Origin: Candidatus Sericytochromatia bacterium
GTDB taxonomy: Bacteria; Cyanobacteriota; Sericytochromatia; S15B-MN24; JAQBPE01
Reading direction: 5' to 3'
Assembly: GCA_035285125.1 (NCBI GenBank)
Contig: JAYKHR010000088.1
Span: forward strand, 1 to 50,273
Length of the DNA stretch: 50,273 nt
Under the pieces are notes generated by a model that was given only the letters and a program-made list of their open reading frames with translations, ran no database searches and had not been told where the DNA came from. This document shows positions 46,736-50,273 of this stretch, one piece after another. The translations under genes and the position numbers were made by a program. Within the stretch, counting starts at the first letter, position 1. Each line of letters starts with the position of its first letter.

Positions 46736-47647
46736 GTGCTGCGCACCTGGTTGATCGCGAGCCGCCTCCGCACCCTGCCCGCCGCCGTTGTGCCCGTGGC
46801 GGTGGGCAGCGCCTTGGCCCACCGCCTCGGCCATCTGGCGCCTGCCGCGGCGTTGGCGGCGCTGGTGGGGGCCCTGGCGCTGCAGATCGGGTGCAACTTC
46901 GCCAACGACTACTTCGACTGGAAGAGCGGGGCAGACGGCCCGGACCGCCTCGGACCCACGCGCGTCACGGCCGCCGGCCTCGCGACGCCGCGCCAGGTCG
47001 TCGCAGCCACGGTGGTGGCCTTCGCCGTGGCCACCCTCGCCGGGCTCTACCTGGCCTGGGTGGGCGGCTGGCCGATCGTGGCCGTCGGCATCGCCTCCAT
47101 CCTGGCCGCAATCGCCTACACCGGCGGCCCCTACCCCCTGGGCTACCACGGCCTCGGGGAGGCGACAGCCTTCGTGTTCTTCGGGCCCGTCGCCGTCATC
47201 GGCACCGCGTGGGTCCAGCTGGCCGGCGCGGGCCTGCCCCCCGAGGCGTGGGCCCCGGCGGCGGCCTTGCTCTCGCTGCCCGTGGGCGCCTGGGTCGCGG
47301 CCATCCTCGTGGTGAACAACCTCCGCGACATCCCCACCGACGTGCGGGCGGGCAAGCGCACGCTGGCCGTGCGCCTGGGCGCGCGAGCCACCCGGGGCGT
47401 CTACGCGGGCCTCGTGGCGCTGGGCTTCCTGGCACCCGTCGCGCTGGCGGCTCTGGGGCTGCCCGGCCTCGGGCACCCGTGGCTGGCGGCGGCCGTCCCG
47501 GCGCTGGCCCTGCCCCTCGCCATCGGCCCGCTTCGGGCCGTGTTCGGGCCACCGGACGGACCGCCGCTCAACGCGGCCCTGGCAGCCACGGGGCGCCTGC
47601 TCGCCGTGGGAGGGCTGCTCCTGGCAGGAGGCCTGGCGTGGGGCTGA
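46736..47647 (+). CDS. menA: 1,4-dihydroxy-2-naphthoate polyprenyltransferase
   Basis: RLRTLPA, NFANDYFD, YTGGPYPLGYHGLGE and NNLRDIPTD..GKRTLAV motifs. Confidence 0.95.
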   Translation: MLRTWLIASRLRTLPAAVVPVAVGSALAHRLGHLAPAAALAALVGALALQIGCNFANDYFDWKSGADGPDRLGPTRVTAAGLATPRQVVAATVVAFAVATLAGLYLAWVGGWPIVAVGIASILAAIAYTGGPYPLGYHGLGEATAFVFFGPVAVIGTAWVQLAGAGLPPEAWAPAAALLSLPVGAWVAAILVVNNLRDIPTDVRAGKRTLAVRLGARATRGVYAGLVALGFLAPVALAALGLPGLGHPWLAAAVPALALPLAIGPLRAVFGPPDGPPLNAALAATGRLLAVGGLLLAGGLAWG

Positions 47648-48915
47648 AACCCACCTGGCGGGCCGTCCCTTACGACGCCGCCCTGAAGGCCCCGCTGGGC
47701 ACGGCCCGGGGCGCCATCGCGTCCCGGCAGGGCTGGTACGTGGCCGTGGAGGCGTTCGGCACGACGGGCCTGGGCGAGGTGACGGCAGAGCCCGCCTGGG
47801 GCACGGAGCGCCCCGAGGAGGTCCAGGCGGGGCTGGTGGCAATCGGGGCGTGGAGCGGCAGGCCTCTCGCCTCGCAGGCCCCTCGTCCGCCCTGCGGGCC
47901 CCCCCTCCCGGGGGGAGAGGGGAGTGCGGAGGCTGACGGCCCGAGCCCGCCCCTCATCCAGCTGCCGGTCCGGCCCGGCTTGGCTGCCCACGCCGCTCCC
48001 CTCTCCGGGACGGAGAGGGTCCGCGTCAGCGGGGGTGAGGTCCCTGAGGCCCAGGCAGCCCTCACGGCCTGGCTCGCGGCCTCCCCCGTGAGCGCGAAAA
48101 CCCACCCGGCCCTGCACGCCGCCCTCGAACTCGCCCTGCTAGACGCCCTGGCCCGCGCGTCAGGGCAGCCGCTGGCAGGGCTGCTCGCGGCGGGTGCCGC
48201 GCCCCGCGCGAGCGTGCCGACGGCGGCGCTGGTAGGGGCCCTCCCCCCCGAGGAAGCCGCCCGGCAGGCCGCCCGCGCCGTGGCGGCCGGGCACCGCACG
48301 GTGAAGCTGAAGCTCGACGGCACCGACGACGTGGCCCGCGCCACCGCCGTGCGGGCCGCGATCGGCCCCGAGGTGGCGCTGCGGCTGGATGCCAACGCCC
48401 TGTGGCCCGACGTGGACGACGCGGCCGGGGCGATGGCGGCGTTCATCCCCCTCGCCCCCGAGTTTTTCGAGCAGCCCGTGAGCGGCCTGGAGGCCCTCGC
48501 CACCCTGCAACCGCGGGTGCCCTTCCCCCTCGCGGCGGACGAGGCGCTCGTGGACGCAGCGGCCTGCGAGCGCGCGCTCGCCCTCGGCGTGCCTGTGCTG
48601 GTGCTCAAGCCGATGTGGCGCGGAGGGCTGCTGGCAGCCCGGGCGGTCGCAGCGCGCGCGCAGGTCTCAGGCGCCCGCCTGGTGCTGTCTTCGTCGCTGG
48701 ATCGCGGCGTGGGCACGGCCGGCGTGCTGCACCTGGCCGCAGCCCTGGCCGAGCCCGGGTGCGTGGGGCTCGGCACGCTCGGGCTCTACGCCGACGGCGG
48801 GGCGCTGGCGGGGCTCGGGCCCGTCGCGGGCAGCCTGGCGGTGCCGACGGTGCCGGGCCTCGGGGGGCAGCTCCGCGACCCCCTCCTCCGACAGCTGGCG
48901 GAGGTGGCGGCGTGA
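47638..48915 (+). CDS. menC: o-succinylbenzoate synthase (enolase superfamily) with an in-frame insertion
   Basis: GTG 47638 with GGAGG RBS; GLGE, KLK, RLDAN, EQP, ADE and VLKP motifs; ~55-60 aa low-complexity insert in the capping domain. Confidence 0.88.
   Translation: MGLKPTWRAVPYDAALKAPLGTARGAIASRQGWYVAVEAFGTTGLGEVTAEPAWGTERPEEVQAGLVAIGAWSGRPLASQAPRPPCGPPLPGGEGSAEADGPSPPLIQLPVRPGLAAHAAPLSGTERVRVSGGEVPEAQAALTAWLAASPVSAKTHPALHAALELALLDALARASGQPLAGLLAAGAAPRASVPTAALVGALPPEEAARQAARAVAAGHRTVKLKLDGTDDVARATAVRAAIGPEVALRLDANALWPDVDDAAGAMAAFIPLAPEFFEQPVSGLEALATLQPRVPFPLAADEALVDAAACERALALGVPVLVLKPMWRGGLLAARAVAARAQVSGARLVLSSSLDRGVGTAGVLHLAAALAEPGCVGLGTLGLYADGGALAGLGPVAGSLAVPTVPGLGGQLRDPLLRQLAEVAA
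47881..48040. repeat. REP/MITE-like inverted palindromic doublet inside menC
   Basis: Two ~46-bp inverted arms, each with an internal hairpin (CCCCCTCCC-GGG-GGGAGAGGG; CCCTCTCCG-GGA-CGGAGAGGG), ending in GGGTGAGG. Confidence 0.65.
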
Positions 48916-50273
48916 CCCCCTTCCCCCTCGAAGAGCTGGTACCGTGGCGCGAGCCCGACCGACCCGCCATCCTGGTGGCCGAGGGCGAAACCTGGTCGCG
49001 GGGCAGGCTGCGGGCCGAGCGGCACGGGTGGCGGGGCAGGCTGGGCAGCCTGGGGCTGCCGCCGGGCGCCGTCGTGGCCCTGTGGGGGAGCAACAGCCCC
49101 CGCTGGATCGCGGCCGCGCTGGGGGCCTGGGCGCAGGGGCTGGTGGTCCTGCCGCTGTCGCCCCGCTGGACGGACGCCGAGGTGCGGGGCGTGCTGACCC
49201 GGGTCCCGGTCTCGCTGCTGGTCGGCGACCGCCCCCTCGTGGCACGGGCCCGCAGCCTGGGGTTGCAAGCCAGTTGCCTGGACGAGCCGACGGACGGCTG
49301 GGACTTGGAGGCGACCTCACCAGGCCCGCTCCCGGCCGATCGCCTCGCGGCGCTCGTGCCCACCTCGGGCACGACGGGAACCCCCAAGCTCGCGATGCTC
49401 ACGGCCGAGGGCCTCGGCACGACGGCGGCCCTGACGGCGGACGCGCTCGGGCTCCGGCCCGGAGACGTGTACTGGCTGCCGATGCCGCTCGCGCACGTCG
49501 GCGGGCTCGGCGCGGTGTGCCGGGCGCTGGGCGCGGGGGCGGCGGTCGCCCTGCCCGGGCCCGACGCCCACACCCTTACAGCCTGGCAAACCTGCGGCGT
49601 CACGCACGCGTCCGTGGTCCCCACGCAGCTGCTCGACCTGACGGCCAGCGGGGCCGCCGCCTGGCCGGCTCGGTTGCGCGTGGTTCTCGTGGGTGGCGCG
49701 GCGCCGCCCCCCGACCTGGCCGCGCGGTGCCCGGCCGCGTGGGCGACCTACGGGCTCACGGAAGCTGGCGGCACCGTCACGCTCGGCCCGGCCGACAGGG
49801 CAGGGACCTCCGGCCCGCCCCTGGCGGGGTGGACCATCCGCGTGGTCGATGGGATCGGCAGGCTCGTGCCCGCGGGCGAGGCTGGGGAGGTCGAGCTCCG
49901 CGGCCCGGGGCTGATGGCCGGCTACTGGCAGGACGCCGAGGCCACGGCAGCGGCGCTGCGCGAGGGCTGGTTGCGTACGGGGGACCTCGGCACGGTGGAT
50001 GCAGCCGGGCGCCTCACGTTGCACGCCCGCCGCACCGATCTCATCGTCTCAGGCGGGGCCAACGTGTACCCGGCCGAGGTCGAGGGGGCCCTGCTGGCCC
50101 ACCCGGCCATCCGGGAGGCGGCGGTGCTGGGCGAGCCGGATCCGCGCTGGGGGCAACGCGTCGTCGCCTGCGTCGTGCTCCGGGACGTCGTGGCCTCGCT
50201 GTCGCTGGAGGCCCTGCGCACCGACCTGGCGACCCGGCTCGCCGGCTACAAGCATCCGAGGCGCCTGGTGGCG
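48912..50273 (+). CDS. menE: o-succinylbenzoate--CoA ligase (3' end beyond the window)
   Basis: Not in the ORF track because no stop is reached. GTGA overlap with menC; motifs read by hand: TSGTTGTPK, YGLTE, GWLRTGDLG, RRTDLIVSGGANVYPAEVE, AGYKHPR. Confidence 0.9.
   Translation, partial: MTPFPLEELVPWREPDRPAILVAEGETWSRGRLRAERHGWRGRLGSLGLPPGAVVALWGSNSPRWIAAALGAWAQGLVVLPLSPRWTDAEVRGVLTRVPVSLLVGDRPLVARARSLGLQASCLDEPTDGWDLEATSPGPLPADRLAALVPTSGTTGTPKLAMLTAEGLGTTAALTADALGLRPGDVYWLPMPLAHVGGLGAVCRALGAGAAVALPGPDAHTLTAWQTCGVTHASVVPTQLLDLTASGAAAWPARLRVVLVGGAAPPPDLAARCPAAWATYGLTEAGGTVTLGPADRAGTSGPPLAGWTIRVVDGIGRLVPAGEAGEVELRGPGLMAGYWQDAEATAAALREGWLRTGDLGTVDAAGRLTLHARRTDLIVSGGANVYPAEVEGALLAHPAIREAAVLGEPDPRWGQRVVACVVLRDVVASLSLEALRTDLATRLAGYKHPRRLVA

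Noticed and set aside
46279..47637. 878-aa ORF suggesting a long MenC fusion
   Set aside because: The upstream part is an alternate frame over menB and menA; the real start is GTG 47638.

Overview
Very GC-rich, densely coding bacterial chromosome segment with no integrase, transposase, rRNA or CRISPR array. The octapeptide-repeat lipoproteins suggest Candidatus Sericytochromatia, a non-photosynthetic relative of Cyanobacteria; this is inference from recalled motifs, not a search. Contents in order: an operon of two Kelch lipoproteins plus a subtilase lipoprotein; a Leloir operon (mutarotase-like, unlisted 47-aa ORF, galE, galT, galK); ldhA, GNAT, SGNH lipoprotein, YprB-like exonuclease; tRNA-Sec (selC), ettA, Tet-type MFS; esterase, aat, cupin, M20 peptidase; an ArsR-linked sulfur cluster in two halves (rhodanese-MBL/tusA/DsrE/DUF302 and yeiH/sulfite oxidase/cytochrome c/rhodanese); AAA_28 ATPase, M28 peptidase, pseudo-receiver; and a divergent menaquinone cluster (DAHP synthase, polyprenyl synthase, menG | menFDHBACE). 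Most notable: (1) a dispersed lipoprotein family sharing strand + Gly-rich octapeptide repeats + (Y/F/R)(R/G)L motif + beta-sandwich, architecturally reminiscent of protease-matured type V pilins; (2) one 20-bp palindromic operator in front of both halves of the sulfur cluster; (3) a microprotein resembling the detached N-terminus of GalT; (4) a palindromic REP/MITE-like doublet inserted in-frame in menC, with a relative in an intergenic region.
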